64,000 bases of DNA from Thermodesulfobacteriota bacterium. GTDB taxonomy: Bacteria > Desulfobacterota_D > UBA1144 > Nemesobacterales > Nemesobacteraceae. The stretch spans positions 1,143,558 to 1,207,557 of the forward strand of contig OZ242294.1 in assembly GCA_965207685.1 (NCBI GenBank). The letters run 5' to 3'. A program made the translations under genes and the position numbers. Of this stretch, positions 55,860-64,000 are shown one piece after another. How positions within the stretch are numbered: the stretch's first letter is position 1; each line of letters starts with the position of its first letter. The notes under the pieces were generated by a model, which saw only the letters and a list, made by a program, of their open reading frames with translations, ran no database searches and was not told where the DNA came from.

Positions 55860-58400
55860 TTAGAAGCTGTACTCGTAAGTCACGTAGTAATAGCCGCCGT
55901 TAAATCCGAAAGGCGCCGAGCGCCTGGAGTAAGTGAAAACTCCCGGGGAATCGACTATAAGAGACCCGTCGTGATCATATATGGTACCGCCCCTTGACTG
56001 ACCGATTTCGTTTTTGTCGGGCTTTACGTCAAAAAGGTTGTTCGCTCCGACTTTAACAGTACCGATTTTGCCCAGTTCCAGACTAAGATTCGCATCGGTA
56101 ATGTACTTTGCGCCGTAAGTCTGGCTTCGCCCACCGTCAACAACCGTATATTCTCCGTAGCGGTGAACAGCGACCAGCAGGGATGCGAATCCTTTTGTAT
56201 AAGAACCGGAAAGGGAGAAGCGGTCCTTAGGCTGCCATTCTTCTATAATCGAGCGGTCCTGCTCCGTAAAAAGCTCTTCGGGAAGACCGAGCGGAAGATT
56301 CACGTCCGTGATCTCGGTTTCGTTTACAGTTCCGGCAAAAACGATTTTTAAAATGGAACTGTCGGCAAAGGAGTGATCAAAACTCGCAACCACATCCATC
56401 CCCTTGGTCGTAGTATCCGCAGCGTTCATGAAGAACTGACCCTGCTGCGCCCCTACACTATCCCTTACCGATTGAGGAATGGCTTCATTGCCCTCGCTAA
56501 TCCTTCCGCTTAGGATAATACGATCGTCAATCAGTATGTAGTAGAAATCGGTTGTGATTGTGAGAGCCGGGAACGGGTTGAACACGAAACCGGCACTGAA
56601 ATTCCTTGAAGTTTCTTCTTTAAGTTCCGGAATCCCTATCATCCTCGCGAGATCACTGTCATTACGGAAAGTTCCCACTTCAAATGCATCAAATTCTCCC
56701 GTCTGCTCATTAAGATTGAACTGTGTCGAGACGTTATTGAAATAAATCTGCTGCATGGAAGGAGCCCTAAACCCGGTGCTCGCAGAGCCCCTAAGGGCAA
56801 ACGAATCGGAAAATCCGGCTCGGGCCGAGAGTTTTCCGTTAAAGGTGTTTCCGAAATCGCTGTAGTTCTCGTAGCGCACCGCAGGACTCAAAAGCAGCAT
56901 CTCCCCTACGTCAAATTCCGCGTCGGCATAAGCGGAAAAAGCATCCCTTGCTTCTGAAAGCTCGTTGCTAGGTTTGAAACCGGGGAATACCTGTATTCCG
57001 GGAGATCCTCTGCCTCCAGGACCATCGTAGTCTTCATATGAATACTCTTCACCGGCTTCTATCTCATATTCCTCCCTTCTGTACTCACCTCCCCAGGCGA
57101 GATTTCCAAACGTAAAAGGAGTCGTAAAATCAAGATTCACGGTATGCTGAAAAAACTTTAGCTCTCCCGCGTCAGCAGACAGTGGAATTGAGCCGGTGTA
57201 ATCCACATCGGAGAGACATTGTTCCGCTTCACCGGTATGACACCTGACCCATGAGGCGTTATGGGAATCAGTGATCTCGAAGGAAAAAGAGTTTCCGCCC
57301 GCTACGTAACTCGCGTCCATTTTGACGCTGTCGGTAAGGTCTCCCTCGAAACCCAGACCGACTCCGAAATCACTTATGCTGGTGTTTATAAGAGGAAGAA
57401 AACCGTCCGGGTAATCCGATCCGGCAGGGTTTCTGTCAAGCTGATTTGCCCTTCTGTAAAAACCTCCGCTCTCGTTTTCCCTCTTCGACAGATCAAGGAA
57501 GCTGTAAATCTCACCGTCCATAAAATCCACCGGCGCCCTCATGTTGAGCACGAAGCTTACGTGCGTGGAATCTGCGTCACCCACTCTGAACCTGTCCCTG
57601 TCAAAAACGCGTTCGGGATCGTTTACACTGTTGTCTGAAAGCGTCCGCGGACCACTCAGGCTTCCGCACGGGGCCGCATTTCCGGCCGCGTCGAGGCATT
57701 CACTGCCCGGATACTGGATATCTCCCATCACTCCCGCCCTGTTGGAACGGCTCCTGTCCCTTACTTCAAGGGTCGCATTCACGACGCTTTCCCCACCAAG
57801 CGAGAACCCCTTGTTTATGCTCGCCACAAGAGTTTCTCCATCTCCTTCGTGAAGCTGTCCGGCAGTCGCCGTTATCTTGCCGTCGTAGCCATCCTTAAGA
57901 ACTATGTTTATAACACCGGATATAGCATCTGAACCGTACTGCGCCGAAGCACCGTCCCTCAGCACCTCGATTCTCTTTATCGCACTTACGGGAATCGTGT
58001 TCATATCAACACCCGCGGTACCACGACCCACGGAGGTGTTTACGTGTATCAGGGCGCTTTTGTGGCGGCGTTTCCCGTTAACAAGCACCAGAACCTGATC
58101 AGGTCCAAGGCCACGAAGAGTTGCGGGACGAAGGGCGTCCGTTCCGTCGCTTATGGTCGAGCTTGAAAAGTTAAAAGACGGTATGAGTTCCTGAATAATC
58201 CGGCCTACCTCGGTCTGTCCCGTTGCGACGATCTCCTCTTCTGTTATGACGTCAACGGGAACCGGGGAGTCAGAAACGCTGCGCTCTTCAAAACGGCTTC
58301 CGAGCACTACGAGCTTTTCAAGTTCGAAGGCATGAGTCAAGGGACTCAGCAACCCTGCGACTAGCAGCGTGGCAAGCCCCGCAATGATTCCTTTTTTCAT
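55860..58400 (-). CDS. TonB-dependent outer-membrane receptor
   Basis: Signal peptide MKKGIIAGLATLLVAGLL, TonB-box/plug region LEKLVVLGSR...VDVITEEEI...IEVLRDGASAQYGSDAISGVINIVLK, a beta-barrel, and a C-terminal aromatic YEYSF. AGGAGG lies 6 nt before ATG 58400. Confidence 0.9.
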   Translation of the reverse strand: MKKGIIAGLATLLVAGLLSPLTHAFELEKLVVLGSRFEERSVSDSPVPVDVITEEEIVATGQTEVGRIIQELIPSFNFSSSTISDGTDALRPATLRGLGPDQVLVLVNGKRRHKSALIHVNTSVGRGTAGVDMNTIPVSAIKRIEVLRDGASAQYGSDAISGVINIVLKDGYDGKITATAGQLHEGDGETLVASINKGFSLGGESVVNATLEVRDRSRSNRAGVMGDIQYPGSECLDAAGNAAPCGSLSGPRTLSDNSVNDPERVFDRDRFRVGDADSTHVSFVLNMRAPVDFMDGEIYSFLDLSKRENESGGFYRRANQLDRNPAGSDYPDGFLPLINTSISDFGVGLGFEGDLTDSVKMDASYVAGGNSFSFEITDSHNASWVRCHTGEAEQCLSDVDYTGSIPLSADAGELKFFQHTVNLDFTTPFTFGNLAWGGEYRREEYEIEAGEEYSYEDYDGPGGRGSPGIQVFPGFKPSNELSEARDAFSAYADAEFDVGEMLLLSPAVRYENYSDFGNTFNGKLSARAGFSDSFALRGSASTGFRAPSMQQIYFNNVSTQFNLNEQTGEFDAFEVGTFRNDSDLARMIGIPELKEETSRNFSAGFVFNPFPALTITTDFYYILIDDRIILSGRISEGNEAIPQSVRDSVGAQQGQFFMNAADTTTKGMDVVASFDHSFADSSILKIVFAGTVNETEITDVNLPLGLPEELFTEQDRSIIEEWQPKDRFSLSGSYTKGFASLLVAVHRYGEYTVVDGGRSQTYGAKYITDANLSLELGKIGTVKVGANNLFDVKPDKNEIGQSRGGTIYDHDGSLIVDSPGVFTYSRRSAPFGFNGGYYYVTYEYSF

Positions 58401-58625
58401 CCTAATCCTCCTATTCCGAAATAATACGAAGTTTCCATTATAACACAGGGCGGAGTCTAATTTAAACCCCCAATCTTTACTTAGGAATAAAAAGTCGCCG
58501 CTACAGTTCTGACCGACCCTTAAAAAACCCCTTGGCAAGCACCTATGATCGGCCTTTATTGAAATATGAGATGGCTTTACGGCGTTTGAAACATAAGGAC
58601 ATTGCTTTATACTTTCAGCCTGATC

Positions 58626-60422
58626 ATGGAAACAGACCTAATTCGGAACTTCTCCATAATAGCCCATGTCGACCACGGCAAATCAACTCTTGCCGACAGA
58701 CTTCTTGAGTTCACAGGCACCCTAAGCGAACGCGAGAAAACCGAACAGTTTCTCGACAACATGGAAATAGAGAGGGAGAGAGGAATAACTATAAAGGCCC
58801 AGGCTGTAAGGCTGAAGTACAAGGCCGATGACGGCAGAACCTATGAGTTCAACCTGATAGACACCCCCGGACACGTCGATTTCAGTTACGAGGTTTCGCG
58901 AAGCCTGATAGCGTGCGAGGGAGCGCTGCTTGTGGTTGACGCCTCCCAGGGAGTCGAGGCCCAGACGCTTGCCCACGCTTATCTGGCCGCTGATTCAGGG
59001 CTTGAGATGATACCCGTCATAAACAAGATAGACCTGCCTTCCGCCGAACCCGAGAGAGTGAAAAAAGAAATAGAGGATATAGTCGGAATCTCAACCGAGG
59101 ACGCCGTTTTGGCAAGCGCCAAGGACGGGACCGGAACAAAGGAGATACTGGAATCGATTGTCGCGCTCGTGCCGTCGCCTAAGAGCCCCGAGGACTCGAG
59201 GCTCAAGGCACTCATATTCGACAGCTGGTTTGACTCATACCAGGGAGTGGTGATGCTGGTGAGGATATACGAGGGAACGGTAAGGCTTGGCATGAGAATC
59301 AAGCTCATGGCGACCGGGAAAAAATACGAGGTGAGGAAGATAGGTGCATTCGCCCCGCAGGCAACGGAACTTGAGCAGTTAACAACGGGACAGGTCGGAT
59401 TCATAACCGCATCCATAAAGGAAATCGGGGAAGCCGGAGTCGGGGACACGATAACGGATGCTGATTCCCCCACCGAAAACCCCCTCGAGGGATTCAAGGT
59501 CATAAAGCCCATGGTCTTCAGCGGGCTTTACCCCATCGACACGGGCGATTACGACAGGCTCAAGGAAGGTCTCGAGAAACTCAAGCTTAATGATTCGTCA
59601 CTTGTTTACGAGCCCGAGACGTCCCTGGCGCTCGGGTTCGGGTTCCGTTGCGGCTTTCTCGGGCTGCTTCATATGGAAATCGTGCGAGAGAGGGTCGAGA
59701 GGGAATTCGAGGTAAACCTCATAACGACCGCGCCGACCGTTATTTACAAGGCCGTCTATCCGGGAGGAAGGGAAGTGTATGTCGACAACCCCAGCGAACT
59801 TCCGACCGGTGACCGCTCGGCCCGGCTTCAGGAACCTTACGTGTCCGTGTTCGTACACACCCCCTCGGATTACCTGGGGCAGATATTCGAGCTCTGCGAA
59901 AAAAGAAGGGGGATACAGAGAAACCTGAGCTACGTGACCGAAAACAGGGCGATAATCGAATACGAGCTTCCCCTTGCGGAAATAGTCTACGATTTTTACG
60001 ACAACCTAAAATCCGTCACCAAGGGCTACGCCTCGATGGATTACGAGCCCGCCGGATACAAGGACTCAGATCTCATAAAGCTCGATATACTGGTTAACGG
60101 AAACCCCGTGGACGCACTCTCGATAATTTCCCACAAGGACAAGGCCTACGAGAGGGGAAGGGGGCTTATAGTGAAACTCCGGTCGCTTATACCCCGCCAA
60201 CTCTACGAAGTAGTTATACAGGCTGCGATCGGAAGCAGGGTGATAGCCCGCGAATCGGTAAAAGCGATGAGGAAGGACGTTACCTCGAAGTGCTACGGGG
60301 GAGACGTCACCAGGAAAAGAAAGCTTCTTGAGAAACAGAAAGAGGGCAAAAAGAGAATGAAGCAGGTTGGAAGGGTAGAAATACCGCAGGAAGCTTTTCT
60401 GGCCGTGCTGAAGAACGACTGA
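58626..60422 (+). CDS. lepA: Translation elongation factor 4
   Basis: [36 protein letters not shown], and the LepA-specific C-terminal domain. Confidence 0.95.
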   Translation: METDLIRNFSIIAHVDHGKSTLADRLLEFTGTLSEREKTEQFLDNMEIERERGITIKAQAVRLKYKADDGRTYEFNLIDTPGHVDFSYEVSRSLIACEGALLVVDASQGVEAQTLAHAYLAADSGLEMIPVINKIDLPSAEPERVKKEIEDIVGISTEDAVLASAKDGTGTKEILESIVALVPSPKSPEDSRLKALIFDSWFDSYQGVVMLVRIYEGTVRLGMRIKLMATGKKYEVRKIGAFAPQATELEQLTTGQVGFITASIKEIGEAGVGDTITDADSPTENPLEGFKVIKPMVFSGLYPIDTGDYDRLKEGLEKLKLNDSSLVYEPETSLALGFGFRCGFLGLLHMEIVRERVEREFEVNLITTAPTVIYKAVYPGGREVYVDNPSELPTGDRSARLQEPYVSVFVHTPSDYLGQIFELCEKRRGIQRNLSYVTENRAIIEYELPLAEIVYDFYDNLKSVTKGYASMDYEPAGYKDSDLIKLDILVNGNPVDALSIISHKDKAYERGRGLIVKLRSLIPRQLYEVVIQAAIGSRVIARESVKAMRKDVTSKCYGGDVTRKRKLLEKQKEGKKRMKQVGRVEIPQEAFLAVLKND

Positions 60423-60448
60423 CGGCAAATCTAGCTGACAGGGCTCTT

Positions 60449-62137
60449 TCAGTCCATCGTCCTCATCATCATTCCGGTGATAACGCGCGTGGCGCCGCTT
60501 ACCGCGTCCGGGTCGGTCTTCACGTTAAGCACCGCCGGGAGACCTGAGGAAAAGGCCCTCTCCAGCCCTGGGGTCAGGTCTTTTATATTCTCTATCTTCT
60601 CTCCGTATCCGCCCATTGCCTTTATTATCTCGTGGAAATCCACGAAACCGAGGTCCACTCCCTGGGTTACCCCCGCATCAGGATAGGTTATCTCTATCTG
60701 GTGCTTGGTCATTCCCCACGCGGAATCGTTGCAGACCACAACCACAAACGGTATGGAGTGCCTTACAGCGGTTTCCACCTCCATGAAATTCATGGCCACC
60801 GCACCGTCTCCGGTAACAAGCGCCACGGGCTTTTCGGGGAACGCCACCTTTGCTCCGAGGGCAAAAGGCACTCCCACTCCCATGCAGCCAAGCGGGCCTC
60901 CTTTGAGATAATGTCCCGGTTTCCTTACCTCGCATGAAAGATCGGTCCATGACTGGCAATCCCCGCCGTCAACCGCAATTATCCCCTCTCCCTCAAGGTA
61001 ACCCGAAACTGTTTTTGCGACTGCCGCCGGGTGTATTCCCTTCGATTTAGAAACAGTCCGGCGAAACGCGGCGCGTGCCCGGGACCTTGAGGAGCGAGCC
61101 TCTTTCATCCATGAACCGAAGTCAAAGCCGATCTTATTCTCTCGGGCGTAGAGGTTCGCTTTTGCGAGGAAAGAATCAAGATCGCAGACGACCCCGAGAT
61201 CCGCCGGGCGATTCCTTCCGATTTCCTCCGGGTGGATATCCACCTGAACTGTTTTTGCTTCCGGGTTTATCGTGTTTCCGAATCCCGCGTAGATGCTTAG
61301 CCTTATGCCGAGCAGGATTACAAGATCCGCGTTTGCGCTTATCTCCCTGAATCCCCCCGGGCTGGCAGGGGATGCGGCCCCGAAGCAGCACTTGTGGTTA
61401 TCGGGTAGCGTGCCTCTTCCCATGTTAAGTGTGAAAAAAGGCGCCCCCAGTCTTTCTGCGAATTCCAAAACGCTTTGCTCCGCACCTGAGTACCACCCTC
61501 CGCTTCCGACAACCACTACGGGCCTTTTCGATGCCGAGAGCAGGCTGAAAAACTCAGAGACCTTGTGGTCGGGCGGCTCGCAGTCCGTATCGGGGACGGG
61601 GGCTCTTGGGGGAGAAGTTTCTCTGTCGTCGCAACTCGGGTAAAGAACCTCGTAGGACATTCCCAAATACGCGGGTCCGGGCCTAGCGGAGATCGCCGCC
61701 CCGTAGGCGGCTGAGACATACTCTCGAAGCCTTGCCACCTCGTAAACCGTCCTAGCCCACTTGGTAACGGGTCTTACGATCGCCTCCTGGTCTATTTCCT
61801 GAAGCGACATCCTGTCGTTTTCCTCGATCCCCGAGCGGCCCGAAATCAGTATCATGGGAGAATTGGCAAGGTAGGAACCCGAAACCCCCGTAAGAGCGTT
61901 CGTAAGCCCAGGACCCGCCGTCACAAGGCATATCCCCGGCGTTCTCCTTAGCCTTCCGTAAGCGTCAGCCGCCATGGAGGCTCCCTGCTCATGGTGCGTG
62001 TCGACAAGTCTTATGCCAAGATCGGTGCAGGCCCTGTAAACAGGGTTTATGTGCCCTCCCCCCAGAGTAAAGATGTCCCTCACTCCCAAGTCGTAAAGAG
62101 CTTTTGTTACCAGATATCCGCCTTGTTGCCTCGCCAT
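60449..62137 (-). CDS. Thiamine-diphosphate-dependent enzyme (acetolactate synthase / oxalyl-CoA decarboxylase-like)
   Basis: N-terminal Pyr domain GGYLVTKALYDLGVRDIFTLGGGHINPVY...HEQGASMAADAY, and the ThDP motif GDGAVAMNFMEVETAVR...NN-type region (VVVCNDSAWG). Met 62137 is preceded by GGAGAAGG. Confidence 0.85.
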   Translation of the reverse strand: MARQQGGYLVTKALYDLGVRDIFTLGGGHINPVYRACTDLGIRLVDTHHEQGASMAADAYGRLRRTPGICLVTAGPGLTNALTGVSGSYLANSPMILISGRSGIEENDRMSLQEIDQEAIVRPVTKWARTVYEVARLREYVSAAYGAAISARPGPAYLGMSYEVLYPSCDDRETSPPRAPVPDTDCEPPDHKVSEFFSLLSASKRPVVVVGSGGWYSGAEQSVLEFAERLGAPFFTLNMGRGTLPDNHKCCFGAASPASPGGFREISANADLVILLGIRLSIYAGFGNTINPEAKTVQVDIHPEEIGRNRPADLGVVCDLDSFLAKANLYARENKIGFDFGSWMKEARSSRSRARAAFRRTVSKSKGIHPAAVAKTVSGYLEGEGIIAVDGGDCQSWTDLSCEVRKPGHYLKGGPLGCMGVGVPFALGAKVAFPEKPVALVTGDGAVAMNFMEVETAVRHSIPFVVVVCNDSAWGMTKHQIEITYPDAGVTQGVDLGFVDFHEIIKAMGGYGEKIENIKDLTPGLERAFSSGLPAVLNVKTDPDAVSGATRVITGMMMRTMD

Positions 62138-62211
62138 GCGCCCTTCTCCAGTAATCAAACAAACCATTATTTCGCGGTAAATACAACCCGGGGGAAATAA
62201 AAAAAAATTCC

Positions 62212-62239
62212 TTGAGTGCCCCCGGATGATGATTAATAT
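62212..62239 (+). promoter_or_regulatory. Candidate sigma70-type promoter for the hsp20 gene
   Basis: TTGAGT (62212..62217), a 16-nt spacer, then TAATAT (62234..62239), preceded by an A-rich UP-like tract. Confidence 0.35.
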
Positions 62240-62297
62240 GGAATTGCGGAAGGGGAAACAGGGATAAAAAATTCAATTAAACGGAGGTAAAAAAATA

Positions 62298-62717
62298 ATG
62301 AGATACGCAGTAAATTTGTGGGAACCGGCCAATGTCTTTCGTAATTTTGCAAACGCCTTTCCCGGGGTTTTCGACTCCGATGCCGCGGAGACTAACCGAA
62401 GTCCGAAAGTCGATATTTTTGACGACGGAGCCAACTTCGTTTTGTCGGCGGAACTGCCCGGGGTAACCAAGGAAGATCTTGAAATAGACGTAAAGGACAA
62501 CCGGCTTACGATAAAGGGAGAAAAAAAGCTCGAGAACAAAACCGAAAAGGAAGGATATCTCAGGGTTGAGAGGTCCTACGGAGTTTTCGAGAGAACTTTC
62601 TTCCTCGACGAAAACGTAGACAGGGAAAACATAAAAGCCGAGTACAAAGACGGTGTCCTGCGTCTTACTCTACCGAGAAAGCAGGATGAACCTTCAAAGA
62701 AAGTAGAAGTGAACTAA
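62298..62717 (+). CDS. Hsp20/alpha-crystallin small heat-shock protein
   Basis: PKVDIFDDGANFVLSAELPGVTKEDLEIDVKDNRLTIKGEKK...ERSYGVFERTFFLDENVDRENIKAEYKDGVLRLTLPR. Confidence 0.9.
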   Translation: MRYAVNLWEPANVFRNFANAFPGVFDSDAAETNRSPKVDIFDDGANFVLSAELPGVTKEDLEIDVKDNRLTIKGEKKLENKTEKEGYLRVERSYGVFERTFFLDENVDRENIKAEYKDGVLRLTLPRKQDEPSKKVEVN

Positions 62718-62731
62718 CAAAAAGAAAGAAA

Positions 62732-62765
62732 GGGGAGCGCCGAGAAGTGCTCCCCTTTTGTTTTT
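62732..62765 (+). terminator. Rho-independent terminator after hsp20
   Basis: Stem GGGGAGC (62732..62738) / GCTCCCC (62749..62755), followed by TTTTGTTTTT. Confidence 0.7.
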
Positions 62766-62859
62766 CACTGCTAAAGCTTAAACCGCCTGACACTTATCCA
62801 GAAAAGCCCCGCCGAAGTACCTTGTTATGAGAAGAAAACTAGAGTAAATTTCATCCCGT

Positions 62860-63834
62860 ATGCTGGAGATCAATTCTAGCTCTGAAATAAAACTTTCCGG
62901 CACTGACATATACTTCGATTCCAAACGTGCCGTGCCGCTTTCTTTCGTTTCAAGCGCGAATGTCGAGAGGCTCCCCCGAAGCGAGAAGATTATAGCTACA
63001 CCTGAAACGATAAGGCTTCTCGGGAAAAAAATTAAGGATTCGACGGTTCTCTCATCCCCCTACGGAAAACCCTTCACCCTCGGCAGCTACTCGATCGAGC
63101 TTATCCCATCGGGGCAGATGCTCGGAGCGGCCCAGGTAGTCGTCGAGAAGGACGGAAAAAGAATTGTTTACGCAGGCGGCTTCAAGCTGAAAAATACCCT
63201 CTCCGCAGGCTACGCGGAACTAAGAAGATGCGACACACTGATCGTTGACTGTGCCTATGGGGCGCCGAAATTCATTTTCCCGCCGCCAGAAGTGGTAATG
63301 GAATCCGTATTCGAGTTTGTAAACAGGACGCTGTTTGAGGATAACGTACCCGTAATCCTGGTAAATCCCATGGGGAAAGCGCAGGATCTCATAATTTTCC
63401 TCGGGGAAAGGGATGTTGAGATGAGCCTTCACCCCGCGATGGCCAAGACGCTCAGGCTCTACGAAGAGCTCGGGGTAAGAATTCCCCCCTACGGGGGCAT
63501 AAAAAGAAAGCATTTTAAAAACAAGGTCCTTATAGCACCTCTTTCCTACAGGAATTCGTCCGTCGTCGAGAATCTTAAGAGAAAGAAGGTCGCGGTGATA
63601 AGCGGCCGCTCGATGGAAAACGGAACATTTGTAAGATCGGCTCTGCGGGCCGAGGTGGCGTTTCCCCTGAGCAATCACTTTGGATACGACGAGATTTCAG
63701 AATATCTTGCCGTTTCGAGGCCCGGGAACATAATCATCAGGGGAAACTTCAGCGACAGCTTTACAAAGGGACTTGAAAAAGACGGGTGGAACGTAACAGC
63801 GTTTAAAAAGCCGCGCCAGCTGGCGCTTTTCTGA
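62860..63834 (+). CDS. MBL-fold / beta-CASP-like protein with a degenerate metal-binding motif
   Basis: Collinear with beta-CASP nucleases: IPSGQMLGAAQVVV (vs GHxLGSA), CDTLIVDCAYG (vs ESTYG), LVNPMGKAQDLIIFL (vs GRaQEl), PLSNHFGYDEISEY (vs SGHAd). Where HxHxDH is expected it reads FVSSANVER. Confidence 0.45.
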   Translation: MLEINSSSEIKLSGTDIYFDSKRAVPLSFVSSANVERLPRSEKIIATPETIRLLGKKIKDSTVLSSPYGKPFTLGSYSIELIPSGQMLGAAQVVVEKDGKRIVYAGGFKLKNTLSAGYAELRRCDTLIVDCAYGAPKFIFPPPEVVMESVFEFVNRTLFEDNVPVILVNPMGKAQDLIIFLGERDVEMSLHPAMAKTLRLYEELGVRIPPYGGIKRKHFKNKVLIAPLSYRNSSVVENLKRKKVAVISGRSMENGTFVRSALRAEVAFPLSNHFGYDEISEYLAVSRPGNIIIRGNFSDSFTKGLEKDGWNVTAFKKPRQLALF

Positions 63835-63841
63835 GGGCAGG

Positions 63842-64000
63842 ATGCCGGTTGAAACGAAATCATTCACAGTAAGCACTCAAGGCGACTGCGACATACTGGA
63901 CATAACCCCTCACGTGAGCCGTGAACTTTCCAAGGCAGAACTGTCTTCGGGAACGGCCACTGTCTTTGTCGCCGGTTCGACCTGCGCGGTCACGACCATA
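63842..64000 (+). CDS. yjbQ: YjbQ/UPF0047-family protein (secondary thiamine-phosphate synthase), partial at window end
   Basis: MPVETKSFTVSTQGDCDILDITPHVSRELSKAELSSGTATVFVAGSTCAVTTI matches the YjbQ N-terminal pattern. It runs off the window. Confidence 0.65.
   Translation, partial: MPVETKSFTVSTQGDCDILDITPHVSRELSKAELSSGTATVFVAGSTCAVTTI

Noticed and set aside
1-64000. A scan of all intergenic regions and ORFs for tRNA/rRNA genes, CRISPR arrays, transposases, integrases, phage genes, retron-like or other recognisable defence loci.
   Set aside because: None were found by eye. No cloverleaf-type GTTCGAATC T-arm motifs, no regularly spaced direct repeats, and no DDE/tyrosine-recombinase-like translations. 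A covariance-model or HMM scan would be needed to make this negative result firm.

Overview
Densely coding 64-kb chromosomal segment from a diderm (Gram-negative-type) bacterium, as shown by a Pal lipoprotein, a TonB-dependent receptor and RND efflux parts. The lineage cannot be assigned from this sequence alone. I annotate about 60 protein genes, nearly all housekeeping or central metabolism. In order they are: pal-cpoB; hemL; a split F0 operon (atpZ-like, atpI, atpB, atpE); cca; xseA; a sirtuin-like gene followed by a fused double-domain ThyX-like gene; queC-queE; mutA-mutB-meaB with rimI translationally coupled; a polyprenyl synthase; cvpA; a gluconeogenic/glycolytic block (fbp, LLM oxidoreductase, class I fbaB, pgk, gap); an RND pump with its probable adaptor 6 kb away; argC; two cysteine desulfurases; GDPD; cofE; hup; glcD-glcE-(DUF3891-like)-glcF; tsaC; DUF1015; msrB; an aldehyde dehydrogenase; a TonB receptor; lepA; a ThDP enzyme; hsp20. 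I saw no rRNA, tRNA, CRISPR array, transposase, integrase or recognisable defence island. The best candidate for something new is the divergent cluster at 46.9-52.8 kb. It holds two over-length acetoacetate-decarboxylase-fold paralogues facing an ACAD / cysteine-less thiolase-fold / DUF35 / MaoC module that looks aldolytic (Ltp2-like) rather than thiolytic. A promoter-plus-terminator pair in the shared intergenic region defines a ~75-nt RNA. Secondary oddities are: a sirtuin homologue with its catalytic residues substituted, just upstream of a ThyX whose two halves carry complementary motif losses; a hipB with a decayed hipA stub; an atpZ-like ORF with no usable start unless a T7 run is T8; and an RND pump and adaptor separated by a 5.8-kb mixed-orientation block. 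All calls come from by-eye motif recognition on the supplied translations and sequence. No searches or computations were run, and start codons are the least certain part.
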